The notes: a model not told the origin generated them from the sequence alone. A DNA stretch of 64,000 bases from an uncultured Staphylococcaceae bacterium (GCA_964541525.1 CAZIQF010000001.1:90553-154552); one strand, 5' to 3'. Shown: positions 9,892 to 19,846, numbered from the stretch's first letter. Program-made: numbers and translations.

Positions 9892-11337
9892 TTATTTTTT
9901 GTTTGAATTAACTAAATTAAAGATAGCAATTGCATCAGTAATGTTCTTTTCATAAGCTTCTTGTCCATACTTATCAACTTCTGCTTTATCTTTAGGGCCA
10001 TGAGTTAAACAACCAGCTCCACCAATACAGCCACCAATACATGCCATGCCTTCAACAAAATTAGCATCAAGCATATTTCGACGTTTTTTAAGTAAGGCAA
10101 TTTTACATTCATCAATTCCATTACAAGCAATTGGTTTCACTTCAAAATCTTCAATGTTTTGTTCCTTTAGTGCTTGTCTTACTGCATCAGATAATCCACC
10201 TGATCTAGCAAAAATTCTGCCATAATAAGATGCATTATCTAATACATCTAAATCTAATGTCGTAATATCTAAATCTTTACTATCAAATAATGCTTGTAGT
10301 TCTTCGAAAGTTAATACTTCATCAACATAATCCTTGACCACTTCTTGTCTTATTTCCATCTTTTTAGCTGTACATGGACCAATAAAGATCACTTTACATG
10401 TCGGATCTAATTCTTTTAAATATTTAGCAATTGTCGCCATCGGCGATAAATTATGCGAAATAAGTGGTTCTAAATCAGGAAAATCCTTTCGGACATACGC
10501 TACAAATGCTGGACAACAACTACTAGTTAGAAATCCTTTTTCCGCTAATTCTTGAGATTCACTTTTAGCTACCATATCGGCACCTAAGGCTGCTTCAATT
10601 ACTGTATAAAATCCTAGTTGTTTTAATCCAGTAATAACTTGACCTAATTTTGCATAGGTAAATTGACTAGAAATAGATGGTGCTACCACTGCATAAACTT
10701 TATAATTTTGATTATTATTACTCTTTTTAATTAAATCAATTACATCAACAATATATGATTTATCTGAAATGGCTCCAAATGGACATTGATATACACAGGC
10801 ACCACAAGCAATACATTTATCATTGTTGATTTTGGCTTCTTTATTTTCACCCATCGAAATTGCTTTTACTTTACAAGCTGTTTCACATGGACGTTTATAA
10901 TTGTGAATTGCCGAATATGGACAAACCTTAGCACAGGCACCACATTCTATACATTTAGTTTTATCAATGTGTGCTACGTGATTACTATCAAATGTAATTG
11001 CTCCTCTTGGGCATGCTTCTTCACAGCGATGAGCTAAACATCCACGGCATGAATTAGTTACTTCATAACCACCCATTGGGCATTCATCACAAGCACTTTC
11101 AATTACCTCAATAACATTGGGATTACTGCGATCACCACCCATTGCTAATTTTACTCGATCAGCAATAATTGCTCTTTCTTTGTAAACACAACAACGCATT
11201 GTAGGAATTTTACCTGGAACGATTTTTTTGGCAATATCTAATAAATTTTCTTGTAATGTATCATTCCAAGCTTCACGTGCGACTTCACGTAATACTTTAT
11301 ATTTTATATGTTGGACTTTTGTATCAAATTTTTTCAT
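9892..11337 (-). CDS. [FeFe]-hydrogenase-like protein (HydA homologue, HfsD-like; N-terminal multi-[4Fe-4S] + H-cluster domain)
   Basis: Ferredoxin motifs 'CIECGACAKVCP' and 'CIACGACVYQCP'. H-cluster motifs L1 'TSSCCPAF', L2 'GPCTAKKME', L3 'EGMACIGGCIGGAG'. Confidence 0.75.
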   Translation of the reverse strand: MKKFDTKVQHIKYKVLREVAREAWNDTLQENLLDIAKKIVPGKIPTMRCCVYKERAIIADRVKLAMGGDRSNPNVIEVIESACDECPMGGYEVTNSCRGCLAHRCEEACPRGAITFDSNHVAHIDKTKCIECGACAKVCPYSAIHNYKRPCETACKVKAISMGENKEAKINNDKCIACGACVYQCPFGAISDKSYIVDVIDLIKKSNNNQNYKVYAVVAPSISSQFTYAKLGQVITGLKQLGFYTVIEAALGADMVAKSESQELAEKGFLTSSCCPAFVAYVRKDFPDLEPLISHNLSPMATIAKYLKELDPTCKVIFIGPCTAKKMEIRQEVVKDYVDEVLTFEELQALFDSKDLDITTLDLDVLDNASYYGRIFARSGGLSDAVRQALKEQNIEDFEVKPIACNGIDECKIALLKKRRNMLDANFVEGMACIGGCIGGAGCLTHGPKDKAEVDKYGQEAYEKNITDAIAIFNLVNSNKK

Positions 11338-11348
11338 TTTATCTTTTC

Positions 11349-12521
11349 CTAAAAATAACTAACTTTTATTCTTTTTCCCATTGCTTTTAAGTATTTTGTT
11401 AGTTCTTCAACAAGATTCATTTTAATACTAAAGTTGATTGGCAAATCGGGATTTTGGTGAGCTGGATTAATGGCTCGACCAACATAGAAATTAATATCAG
11501 TTGCTTCTTCAAATAAGATTCTTGATATTAATGATGCTCCATCTTTTTTATAGCACCAGATATTATATAATTTATTTTCTTCCGTATAATCTTTAGCATA
11601 TTCAACAACACGGTTCATGGTAATCACACCTTCAGTTACTAAGTCTACACCTTCAATTTTTGCAATCGGTGGCATATCACTATCTTCAAAAGATAATGTT
11701 GCTTCAACTTTTTTACCTAGGTATTTAGCTGCGATTGATGATGTTGTACCTCCACATACAATATGTTTACCTTCTTTTGCGAAGAATAATGCCATCATTC
11801 TATTTCCATCATTTTTATCTGATGAAGGCCCAAATAAGATATTGACTGGTTCACGCTTTCTAATTTTAATGACACAAGCAGTTGCATCATCTCCTGGTTC
11901 AAAACCATATAGTTTATTACATTCATCAATTAACATTGTTGACATCGTCTTAGCTGTATAACCACCAGCATTAATGCTAACTAAAAACTCAGCGATATCT
12001 TCAATTTTCCATCCGAAATTATAAGCAATCCCAATACCAGCATGAGGACAACCATCACTCATTGTAATGATGGCATCTCCTTCTTCTAAATTGATGATTG
12101 ATTTGATAATTTTTTTGCCACCCATAATCAATTCTTGTTTTGGATAATCATAAATTTCATTATTTCTAATAAATAAAATTTGGGGATTGTCATACTGAAT
12201 TAATTCTGCTTGTTCATTATCTTTAATATGAATAATGGAAAATGTTGAATAGGCAACACCACGAACCGAACAAATTGGTAAAGTTGCAGCAATCGTATCA
12301 ACACATGATTCAAGTGATAATCCTGCAGATAACATTGTTGAAATAATCTTTGATGTTAGTGTTGATAAAATACTTGCTTTTACACCACTACCTAATCCAT
12401 CTGCTAGAACTACAATTGTTGAACCATCTGGCTGTTCAACAACATCAATGTGATCACCACATAGTTCCTCGCCATAATGGTTGACACTTTTAAAGCCAAT
12501 ATCAGCACATAGATTATTCAT
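11349..12521 (-). CDS. PP2C-family Ser/Thr phosphatase (SpoIIE/RsbU-like, HfsC-like)
   Basis: 'VLADGLGSGVKAS', 'ITMSDGCPHAG', 'GDDATACVIKI'. Start overlaps the HydS stop by 8 nt. Confidence 0.8.
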   Translation of the reverse strand: MNNLCADIGFKSVNHYGEELCGDHIDVVEQPDGSTIVVLADGLGSGVKASILSTLTSKIISTMLSAGLSLESCVDTIAATLPICSVRGVAYSTFSIIHIKDNEQAELIQYDNPQILFIRNNEIYDYPKQELIMGGKKIIKSIINLEEGDAIITMSDGCPHAGIGIAYNFGWKIEDIAEFLVSINAGGYTAKTMSTMLIDECNKLYGFEPGDDATACVIKIRKREPVNILFGPSSDKNDGNRMMALFFAKEGKHIVCGGTTSSIAAKYLGKKVEATLSFEDSDMPPIAKIEGVDLVTEGVITMNRVVEYAKDYTEENKLYNIWCYKKDGASLISRILFEEATDINFYVGRAINPAHQNPDLPINFSIKMNLVEELTKYLKAMGKRIKVSYF

Positions 12522-14196
12522 CTTTAATCGACTCCTTTAATTTAGTTAAAGCAATCTTAGTTTCAGCTGCTGTTTCACCTAGTAATGATGCTATTTCTTG
12601 GACGATTCGCATTTGACGTTCAACTACTTTATCAGCAATTTCAACAGTTTGTTTGCTGATTGATTCTTTTTTCGATTTTTCGATTGTCGCTTCAGTTACG
12701 TCACGCATTAAACAAATTAATAAGTGCGAAGTATCATCATATAAGATTGATTGTTCAACATATTTATCATATTCAGCCAAATAGATGCGTTCATTCTTAA
12801 TATTACATTTGGAATCCAAAACTTTAATAAATGGTAATGGATCCAGAATGCGAACAACTTGATCACCTAAAATATCTGATTCAAAACGAATATGTAACAT
12901 TTTTTTAGCTGCTTCATTTATTTGTTGTACTTCTAAACAATCATTTAAAACAATAATTCCATTAGGGGTATTTTTAACAATGCTGTCGGAGAAACTTTCA
13001 GCTTTATCTTTTAAGAATGGTAAACACATCGAAATTTCGGCTTTACCTTGGAAAATTGCTACTGCTTTGGCCCGACATGTACTATAACCACATGAACCAC
13101 AATTTAGTTCATCACTAGGTTTAAATTTCCCCATTTGTTTTAAAATTTGTTCAATTTCATAATTAGTTGGTTTTAATTCATTAACCATAATTGGTGAAAA
13201 TTGTTTTTGGAACAGTTGTGAATTACCACTACTAACAATAAAATCATTAGTACCAGCATATTTCGTTACTAATTGGAAATCACGAATATGCGATGAATGG
13301 TATTTTTCCATAATTGGTCCACCAATACAACTACCAACACATGCCGACATTTCAATAAAGCAATTGCTTACCTTTCCTGCTTCAATATCTTTTAATGTTT
13401 GAATACAGTTTTCTACTCCATCAATCGCTAAATAAGTGTATTTAGGATTATCACAAGCCATCGTTTTTAAGATACCACCAGTTGTTGGAAACAATCTGGC
13501 TTTAGAGTTAATATTATTTTCTTCATTTGGAGTCTTTTCAATGGTAATTTTTTCTTCTTTTAACCAATTGGTTAATTCTTCAAACGTTAAAACGCAATCG
13601 ACAATACCTTCATATCTTGAACCTTCATCTTTTTTTGCTACGCAAGGCCCTACAAAAATCGTTTTGGCATTTGGATATCTTTTTTTGATATCAGTACAAT
13701 GTGCTTGCATTGGTGTCATTACATTTGCTAAATATTTTAATGCATGAGGGAAGTATTTTTGAATAAGCAAATTAACAGAATGACAACAAGAAGAAATTAG
13801 AATATCACTATTTCCTTCTTTTAAAATGCGATTATATTCATTTTTAACAAAAGTTGCACCAATTGCTGTTTCTTCAACATCATATACTCCCAATTTTTGT
13901 AGGGCTGCTCTAATTGATTCAATCCCGATACCATCATAATTTGCAATAAATGATGGTGCTAAACTAACAATTACTTGTTCATTTGACTTTAAAAGTACTT
14001 TTGCCTTTTCGATATCATTAACGATTTCTTTAGCATTTTGCGGACATACTACAAAGCATTGTCCACATAAAATACATTCATTTTCAATAATATGTGCTTG
14101 ATTAGCGGAAAATCGAATTGATTTAACTGGACAATGTCTAATACATTTATAGCAGTTTTTACAATTTGATTTTTTTAATTTTAGAAATGTAGCCAT
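12514..14196 (-). CDS. sensory [FeFe]-hydrogenase (HydS/HfsB-like) with C-terminal PAS domain
   Basis: N-terminal 2x[4Fe-4S] ('CYKCIRHCP', 'CILCGQCFVVCP'). H-domain L1 'SSCCHS', L2 'GPCVAKKDE', L3 'EMSACVGSCIGGP'. Extra 'CGSCGYSTC' cluster. C-terminal PAS-like segment. Confidence 0.75.
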   Translation of the reverse strand: MATFLKLKKSNCKNCYKCIRHCPVKSIRFSANQAHIIENECILCGQCFVVCPQNAKEIVNDIEKAKVLLKSNEQVIVSLAPSFIANYDGIGIESIRAALQKLGVYDVEETAIGATFVKNEYNRILKEGNSDILISSCCHSVNLLIQKYFPHALKYLANVMTPMQAHCTDIKKRYPNAKTIFVGPCVAKKDEGSRYEGIVDCVLTFEELTNWLKEEKITIEKTPNEENNINSKARLFPTTGGILKTMACDNPKYTYLAIDGVENCIQTLKDIEAGKVSNCFIEMSACVGSCIGGPIMEKYHSSHIRDFQLVTKYAGTNDFIVSSGNSQLFQKQFSPIMVNELKPTNYEIEQILKQMGKFKPSDELNCGSCGYSTCRAKAVAIFQGKAEISMCLPFLKDKAESFSDSIVKNTPNGIIVLNDCLEVQQINEAAKKMLHIRFESDILGDQVVRILDPLPFIKVLDSKCNIKNERIYLAEYDKYVEQSILYDDTSHLLICLMRDVTEATIEKSKKESISKQTVEIADKVVERQMRIVQEIASLLGETAAETKIALTKLKESIKDE

Positions 14197-14206
14197 ATTT
14201 AACCTC

Positions 14207-14458
14207 TTATTTTAATTTAGGAGCAATAACTTCCTCCCAAAATTTTTCTATAGTTAATGGGGTAATGCCCGGATAAACGCAATCATCTACGATAATTGTT
14301 ACACCATTACGATTGCATTTACCCGCACAAAAACTTCCTGATAAGATGATTTGATCATCTAATGCTTCTTTTTCAATTCTCTTGTTTAAATATTCAACGA
14401 TTTCTGGAGAATTCTTTAAAAAACATGAACTTCCAATACAGACTTTAATTTCAATCAT
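14207..14458 (-). CDS. thioredoxin-like [2Fe-2S] ferredoxin (HfsA/NuoE-like)
   Basis: 83 aa with a C-x4-C ... C-x3-C pattern ('CIGSSC', 'CAGKC'). Confidence 0.6.
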   Translation of the reverse strand: MIEIKVCIGSSCFLKNSPEIVEYLNKRIEKEALDDQIILSGSFCAGKCNRNGVTIIVDDCVYPGITPLTIEKFWEEVIAPKLK

Positions 14459-14459
14459 A

Positions 14460-14705
14460 TTATTGAAGTTTTGCTAGAACATTTTTTTCAAAGAATTCAT
14501 TTACATTTTCCACATTTACGGAAAAGAATTCTTCTCCAACTTTAACGCAAACACCTTCTTGGCATCTACCCATACAGAATGTTCCACCTAATTCAACTTT
14601 ATCACTTAAATTATTTTTTGAAATCAAATATTGAATTTGTTCTACAACTTGTCTTGAACCTTTAATATGACAAGAACTTCCAATACATACTGTTATTTTA
14701 ATCAT
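14460..14705 (-). CDS. thioredoxin-like [2Fe-2S] ferredoxin (paralogue of 14207..14458)
   Basis: 81 aa with 'CIGSSC' and 'CMGRC'. Tandem duplicate 1 nt upstream of its paralogue. Confidence 0.6.
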   Translation of the reverse strand: MIKITVCIGSSCHIKGSRQVVEQIQYLISKNNLSDKVELGGTFCMGRCQEGVCVKVGEEFFSVNVENVNEFFEKNVLAKLQ

Positions 14706-14725
14706 TTTAATCTAATTCCTTTCTT

Positions 14726-15481
14726 CTATTCGTAATCAACGACATTAGCCCAAGATAATAAGAATTCTCTTTCTTTTTCATTACCTTTAACCGATTGAGA
14801 TACTGCAACAATTGGTAACCATCTTTGAACATCTTTCTTTAAGTGATTACTCTTATCACAATATAAGTTTAAATATTTATCAGCAGTTGAAATATCACCG
14901 GCTAACCAGAATAATAGATATGTTCTAGCTGCATCAGCACATGGATTACCTTGAGTAGCATGTGACCAGTCAATGATATAAGCTTTACCATCTTTACCAA
15001 TAATAATATTTGAAGGGTTAAAGTCACCATGACATACCGATGATCCTTTAGGCATACTTTCAAGTCTTGTATGTAAGTCATATTTTGTTGTTGGTGAAAC
15101 ATTAGCAATACTAATTTTTTGAGTAAATTTATCTTTTAATTTTGTTAATAATGGACTCTTATTGCTTTGAACCATAATTTGTAATTCAACAAATTGTTCT
15201 AAATATTCATCCTTTTGTTCTGGATGTTTTTCCATTAATGCAGCAAGTGTATCACCTTCAATATATTCAGTAATAATTGCCCATTTTCCTTCAACAGTTT
15301 CAATTGATTTAATCTTTGGTACATTGATTGTTAATTCTTCAACACGTGCTTGATTTAAAGCTTCATTTAAAATATCAGCTTTTGAATAGTCTGCATTGAA
15401 TAATTTAATACAATTATCATTATCTTTATAAACAGTTTTAGCGTTTCTAATCGCAATAATTTTTTCAAGATTCATTATCAT
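14726..15481 (-). CDS. APH/choline-kinase-fold phosphotransferase (putative protein kinase)
   Basis: Brenner motif 'HGDFNPSNIII' and 'IIDWSHA' (catalytic and metal-binding Asp). 251 aa. Confidence 0.6.
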   Translation of the reverse strand: MIMNLEKIIAIRNAKTVYKDNDNCIKLFNADYSKADILNEALNQARVEELTINVPKIKSIETVEGKWAIITEYIEGDTLAALMEKHPEQKDEYLEQFVELQIMVQSNKSPLLTKLKDKFTQKISIANVSPTTKYDLHTRLESMPKGSSVCHGDFNPSNIIIGKDGKAYIIDWSHATQGNPCADAARTYLLFWLAGDISTADKYLNLYCDKSNHLKKDVQRWLPIVAVSQSVKGNEKEREFLLSWANVVDYE

Positions 15482-15492
15482 TACCTCGTTTC

Positions 15493-18183
15493 CTATTTAT
15501 TTTTACGATAAAGATTTTTGAAATCATTATCTTCTTCTTTATTAACTACACATTGAGCTGGAACTTCTTTTTCAATAAAAGTTTTTCCATAATAAGCATT
15601 TAAGTACATTTGTTTGATTTCACTCATTAATGGATATCTAGGATTAGCACCTGTACATTGATCATCAAATGCTTGTTCAACCATTTCATCTAATGAACTC
15701 ATGAATACTGCTTCATCTGCTACATAATCTTTGATTGTAGATTTGATTCCAACTTTAGCTTTTAGTTCATCAATCGCTTTAATTAGATTTTCGACTTTTT
15801 CCTCATTTGTTGATCCACCTAAACCTAAATGAGTAGCAATTTCAGCATATCTTGCCATTGTATGAGGATGATCATATTGGGAGAATGTTCCCATCTTATG
15901 TGGAACATCTGATGCATTAAATCTAATTACTTCATCAATCATTAAAGCATTAGCAACACCATGAGGAATATGATGGAATGCACCTAATTTATGAGCCATT
16001 GAGTGACATACACCTAAGAAGGCATTAGCGAAAGCCATACCTGCCATAGTAGCTGCATTAGCCATTTTTTCTCTTGCAACAGGATTATTTTGACCATCTT
16101 CATAAGCAACTGGTAACCATTCAAAAATAATTTTTAAAGCACCTAAAGCTAAACTATCTGTATATTCAGTTGCAAGCATTGAAGCATATGCTTCGACTGC
16201 ATGAGTTACAGCATCAATACCAGATGCAGCAGTTAAACCTCTAGGAGCAGTCATATGGAAATCTGCATCAACAATGGCCATATTAGGTAATAATTCATAA
16301 TCAGCAAGTGGATATTTGATACCAGTAGTTTCATCAGTAATTACTGCAAATGGAGTAACTTCTGAACCTGTACCAGCTGATGTTGGAATTGCAATAAAGT
16401 ATGCTTTTTCACCCATCTTAGGGAAAGTATAGATACGTTTTCTAATATCCATGAAACGCATAGCCATATCCATAAAGTCTACTTCTGGATGTTCATATAA
16501 TACCCACATAATCTTAGCAGCATCCATTGCTGAACCACCACCTAATGCAATAATACAATCAGGTTTGAATGAAGCCATTTGTTCAGCACCTTTTTTAGCA
16601 CAAGCTAGTGTTGGATCTGGTTCAACATCATAGAACACAGCACTTTCGATATTTAATTCTTTTAATTTGTTAATAATTGGCGTAGCATGTCCGTGTGTAT
16701 ATAAGAAATTATCTGTAACAATAAATGCACGTTTTTTATTCATCACAGTCTTTAATTCATTTAAGGCAACAGGCATACAACCTTTCTTTAAGTAAACTTT
16801 TTCTGGAGCTCTAAACCAAAGCATATTTTCCCTTCTTTCTGCAACTGTTTTAATATTGATTAAGTGTTTTACACCAACATTTTCTGATACACTATTTCCA
16901 CCCCAAGAACCACAACCAAGAGTTAGTGATGGTGCAAGTTTAAAGTTGTAAATATCACCGATACCACCTTGTGATGATGGTGTGTTTACTAAAATACGAC
17001 ATGTTTTCATGCGAGCTGCAAATTCATTAAGTTTATCTTGTTCAGTTAATTCATTAATATAAATTGATGAAGTATGTCCATATCCACCATCAGCAATTAA
17101 TTGTTCAGCTTTACTAAATGCATCTTTAATTGATTTAGCTTTATACATTGCAAGTACTGGTGATAATTTTTCATGAGCAAATTCTTCACTTAATTCAACT
17201 GAAGAAACTTCACCAATTAATACTTTTGTACCTTCTGGAACACTAACGCCAGCGATAGCAGCAATTTTAGCTGCAGGTTGACCAACAATTTTAGCGTTTA
17301 ATGAACCATTAATAATAATTGTTTTTCTTACTTTATTTAATTCATTATCATTTAGGAAGTAACAACCACGAGCAGCAAATTCATATTTAACTGCATCGTA
17401 AACATTTTTATGAACAATTACTGATTGTTCAGATGCACAAATCATCCCATTATCAAAAGTTTTTGAATGAATAATTGAGTTTACTGCAAGAATAATATCA
17501 GCAGTTTCATCGATAATTGCAGGAGTATTACCAGCACCTACACCAATTGCAGGTTTACCTGAAGAGTAAGCAGCTTTTACCATCCCTGGGCCACCAGTTG
17601 CAAGAATAATATCGGCTTCTTTCATTACTGTATTAGTAAGTTCTAGACTAGGAACATCAATCCAACCAATGATTCCTTCGGGAGCACCAGCTTTAACAGC
17701 AGCTTCTAAAACAATTTTAGCAGCAGCAATTGTTGAATTCTTAGCACGTGGATGTGGACTAATGATGATTGCATTTCTTGTTTTTAATGCAAGTAAAGCT
17801 TTAAAGATCGCAGTTGAAGTTGGATTTGTAGTAGGAATAACGGCAGCAACAACACCGATTGGTTCAGCAATTTTCTTAATTCCATAAGCTTTATCTTCTT
17901 CAATAACACCACAAGTGATAGTATCACGGTATTGATTATAAATATATTCAGATGCATAGTGATTTTTAATAACTTTATCTTCGACAACACCCATTCCTGT
18001 TTCTTCAACAGCAAGTTTTGCAAGCGAGATACGAGCATTATTTGCAGCAAGTGAAGCTGCTAAAAAGATTTTGTCTACTTCTTCTTGAGTATAAGTAGCA
18101 TATTTACATTGAGCTTTTCTTAAATTTTCTAATTTTTTTGATAAACTTTCTAAGCTATCTACAATATCATAATTTTTGTTCAT
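15493..18183 (-). CDS. adhE: bifunctional acetaldehyde-CoA / alcohol dehydrogenase
   Basis: ~895 aa with ALDH and Fe-ADH halves. Preferred start ATG at 18183 ('MNKNYD') with AGGAGA 7 nt upstream. The ORF track has an N-terminal over-extension to 18201. Confidence 0.9.
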   Translation of the reverse strand: MNKNYDIVDSLESLSKKLENLRKAQCKYATYTQEEVDKIFLAASLAANNARISLAKLAVEETGMGVVEDKVIKNHYASEYIYNQYRDTITCGVIEEDKAYGIKKIAEPIGVVAAVIPTTNPTSTAIFKALLALKTRNAIIISPHPRAKNSTIAAAKIVLEAAVKAGAPEGIIGWIDVPSLELTNTVMKEADIILATGGPGMVKAAYSSGKPAIGVGAGNTPAIIDETADIILAVNSIIHSKTFDNGMICASEQSVIVHKNVYDAVKYEFAARGCYFLNDNELNKVRKTIIINGSLNAKIVGQPAAKIAAIAGVSVPEGTKVLIGEVSSVELSEEFAHEKLSPVLAMYKAKSIKDAFSKAEQLIADGGYGHTSSIYINELTEQDKLNEFAARMKTCRILVNTPSSQGGIGDIYNFKLAPSLTLGCGSWGGNSVSENVGVKHLINIKTVAERRENMLWFRAPEKVYLKKGCMPVALNELKTVMNKKRAFIVTDNFLYTHGHATPIINKLKELNIESAVFYDVEPDPTLACAKKGAEQMASFKPDCIIALGGGSAMDAAKIMWVLYEHPEVDFMDMAMRFMDIRKRIYTFPKMGEKAYFIAIPTSAGTGSEVTPFAVITDETTGIKYPLADYELLPNMAIVDADFHMTAPRGLTAASGIDAVTHAVEAYASMLATEYTDSLALGALKIIFEWLPVAYEDGQNNPVAREKMANAATMAGMAFANAFLGVCHSMAHKLGAFHHIPHGVANALMIDEVIRFNASDVPHKMGTFSQYDHPHTMARYAEIATHLGLGGSTNEEKVENLIKAIDELKAKVGIKSTIKDYVADEAVFMSSLDEMVEQAFDDQCTGANPRYPLMSEIKQMYLNAYYGKTFIEKEVPAQCVVNKEEDNDFKNLYRKNK

Positions 18184-18197
18184 AATATTTCTCCTAT

Positions 18198-18818
18198 TCA
18201 ATTATTATTTATTTCGATTGATAAAATTGCTAATGATGCCGCAATATCAATATTTCTTACTTTGACATCATCATTAACAATTAATTTCTGATTTGTAAAA
18301 TTTAAAATACCTTTAATCCCAACTGCTGTAACTTGATCACATACGCTTTGAGCAACATCAGCTGGAACTGCTAAAATAGCAATTTTAACTTTACTAAAAT
18401 TTGTTAATTCATCAATTGATAAAATTGGATGATTATTGATTGACTTACCAATTAATGATTCATCATTATCAAACAATCCCACTATGCTAAACCTGTTTTC
18501 TTCAAATCCATCATACATTGCGAGGGCTTTACCAATTTTACCAGCACCGATAATAACTACATCGTTTGTCCCAGATTGACCAATAAGTGTATCGATTTTA
18601 GTCTTTAAATCCGTTACATAATACCCAATTTTAGGTTTACCATTACCAGCAATTAAGTTAAGATCTTTTCTTACCTGCACTTCACCTAATCCTAAGTCCA
18701 TTGCTAATTTGGTCGATGAGATCATTTCAATCTGCTTTTTCTCTAAACATTTCAAATAATTGGCATAAAGCGGTATTCTTTCAATGACTGATTTAGGAAT
18801 ATTTTTGTTACTATTCAT
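18198..18818 (-). CDS. rex: redox-sensing transcriptional repressor Rex
   Basis: Winged-helix N-terminus and Rossmann 'VVIIGAGKIGKAL'. The ORF track start at 18836 is GTG; the ATG at 18818 with AGGAAG RBS is preferred. Stop lies 14 nt before the adhE start. Confidence 0.85.
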   Translation of the reverse strand: MNSNKNIPKSVIERIPLYANYLKCLEKKQIEMISSTKLAMDLGLGEVQVRKDLNLIAGNGKPKIGYYVTDLKTKIDTLIGQSGTNDVVIIGAGKIGKALAMYDGFEENRFSIVGLFDNDESLIGKSINNHPILSIDELTNFSKVKIAILAVPADVAQSVCDQVTAVGIKGILNFTNQKLIVNDDVKVRNIDIAASLAILSIEINNN

Positions 18819-18881
18819 TACGCATCTTCCTTTCACACTAATAGTATATCATAATAAAATATAAATGTAAAATATAAAAAA

Positions 18882-18912
18882 AGTATATCGATATATCAAT
18901 ATCGATATACAA
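18882..18912. promoter_or_regulatory. tandem ATATCGATAT palindromes between lysR-type gene and rex
   Basis: 'TATATCGATATAT' and 'ATATCGATAT' separated by ~5 nt. No T-run follows. Confidence 0.25.
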
Positions 18913-18916
18913 ATAT

Positions 18917-19846
18917 CTATTTACTAATTTTAACCCTTCTTTTACTCTCACAAAGACAAGTAATGAAGTCTTTTTCTAATTTAGTTAATTTATGTGAAGA
19001 TTTATAAATTAACAAATCTTTATACACCCGGGTTTGATCAACACATGTTCTTTGAACAAGACCATATCGATTTAAAGTAGCTTCTGGAATCGGTGAAACC
19101 CACATAAATGTTTCATGATTTTCGGCTAATAGTTCAAACTGACTAGCTCGTTCAAAAACAAAAATCCTTCTACTTACCTTACTAGTTAATTCCATTTTTG
19201 TTACTTCTGACATTGGAATTTGCGGAACATATGAATCCTTATGCGCAATTTCAATATAATTAACTAAATCATCGGTTGTAATTATTTCATTTTCAGCAAG
19301 TGGTGAATCTTTACTAAAAACCAAAACATAATTAAATTCATGAATTAACTCACTTGTTAAATCTTTTTTCACAAGCATCTCTTTAAAATAATTATCGTAA
19401 TTAATATCATAACGAATAATACCTAATTTATAATCTGCATTAATAATATTATTAATTGCTTTATAAGCATTCGTTTCTTTATAAATCAATTCGACATTAT
19501 CAATTTTCGAAAGAATCTTCGAAAATTTTGCGAAAGCATCAGAAACATAACTAGACCTAGGAACAGAGATTGAGAAAACATTTTTACTTGCATTGTCACC
19601 AAATGAATTTTCAAGTTCATCAATTTGCTTTAAGATTTTCTTCCCATACATAATTAACTTTTCACCATCAGGTGTAATTACAAGTCCTTTAGAATTACGA
19701 TCAAAAATCGCAATGTTTAATTCATTTTCTAATTCTTTAATTGCACGTGATAAATTAGGTTGTGCAACATATAATTTTTCTGCTGCTTTACTCATTGAAC
19801 CTGTTTCAGCAACCATAATTGCATATTTTAAATGGATAATATTCAT
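18917..19846 (-). CDS. LysR-family transcriptional regulator
   Basis: N-terminal HTH 'SMSKAAEKLYVAQPNLSRAIKELE'. 309 aa. RBS GAGAGGTG. Confidence 0.85.
   Translation of the reverse strand: MNIIHLKYAIMVAETGSMSKAAEKLYVAQPNLSRAIKELENELNIAIFDRNSKGLVITPDGEKLIMYGKKILKQIDELENSFGDNASKNVFSISVPRSSYVSDAFAKFSKILSKIDNVELIYKETNAYKAINNIINADYKLGIIRYDINYDNYFKEMLVKKDLTSELIHEFNYVLVFSKDSPLAENEIITTDDLVNYIEIAHKDSYVPQIPMSEVTKMELTSKVSRRIFVFERASQFELLAENHETFMWVSPIPEATLNRYGLVQRTCVDQTRVYKDLLIYKSSHKLTKLEKDFITCLCESKRRVKISK

Noticed and set aside
9725-9955. 76-aa plus-strand ORF in the gap between the hypothetical gene and the HydA-like gene
   Set aside because: Phe/Leu/Ile-rich low-complexity translation spanning an AT-rich intergenic spacer, with no RBS.
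18198-18201. Apparent 4-nt rex/adhE overlap from the ORF track
   Set aside because: The adhE ORF-track start is an upstream in-frame extension. An ATG at 18183 with AGGAGA RBS fits better, leaving a 14-nt spacer.
18811-18836. TGTGAAA Rex half-site at the rex RBS
   Set aside because: Only one half-site is present. No inverted partner (TTCACA) lies within 4-8 nt.
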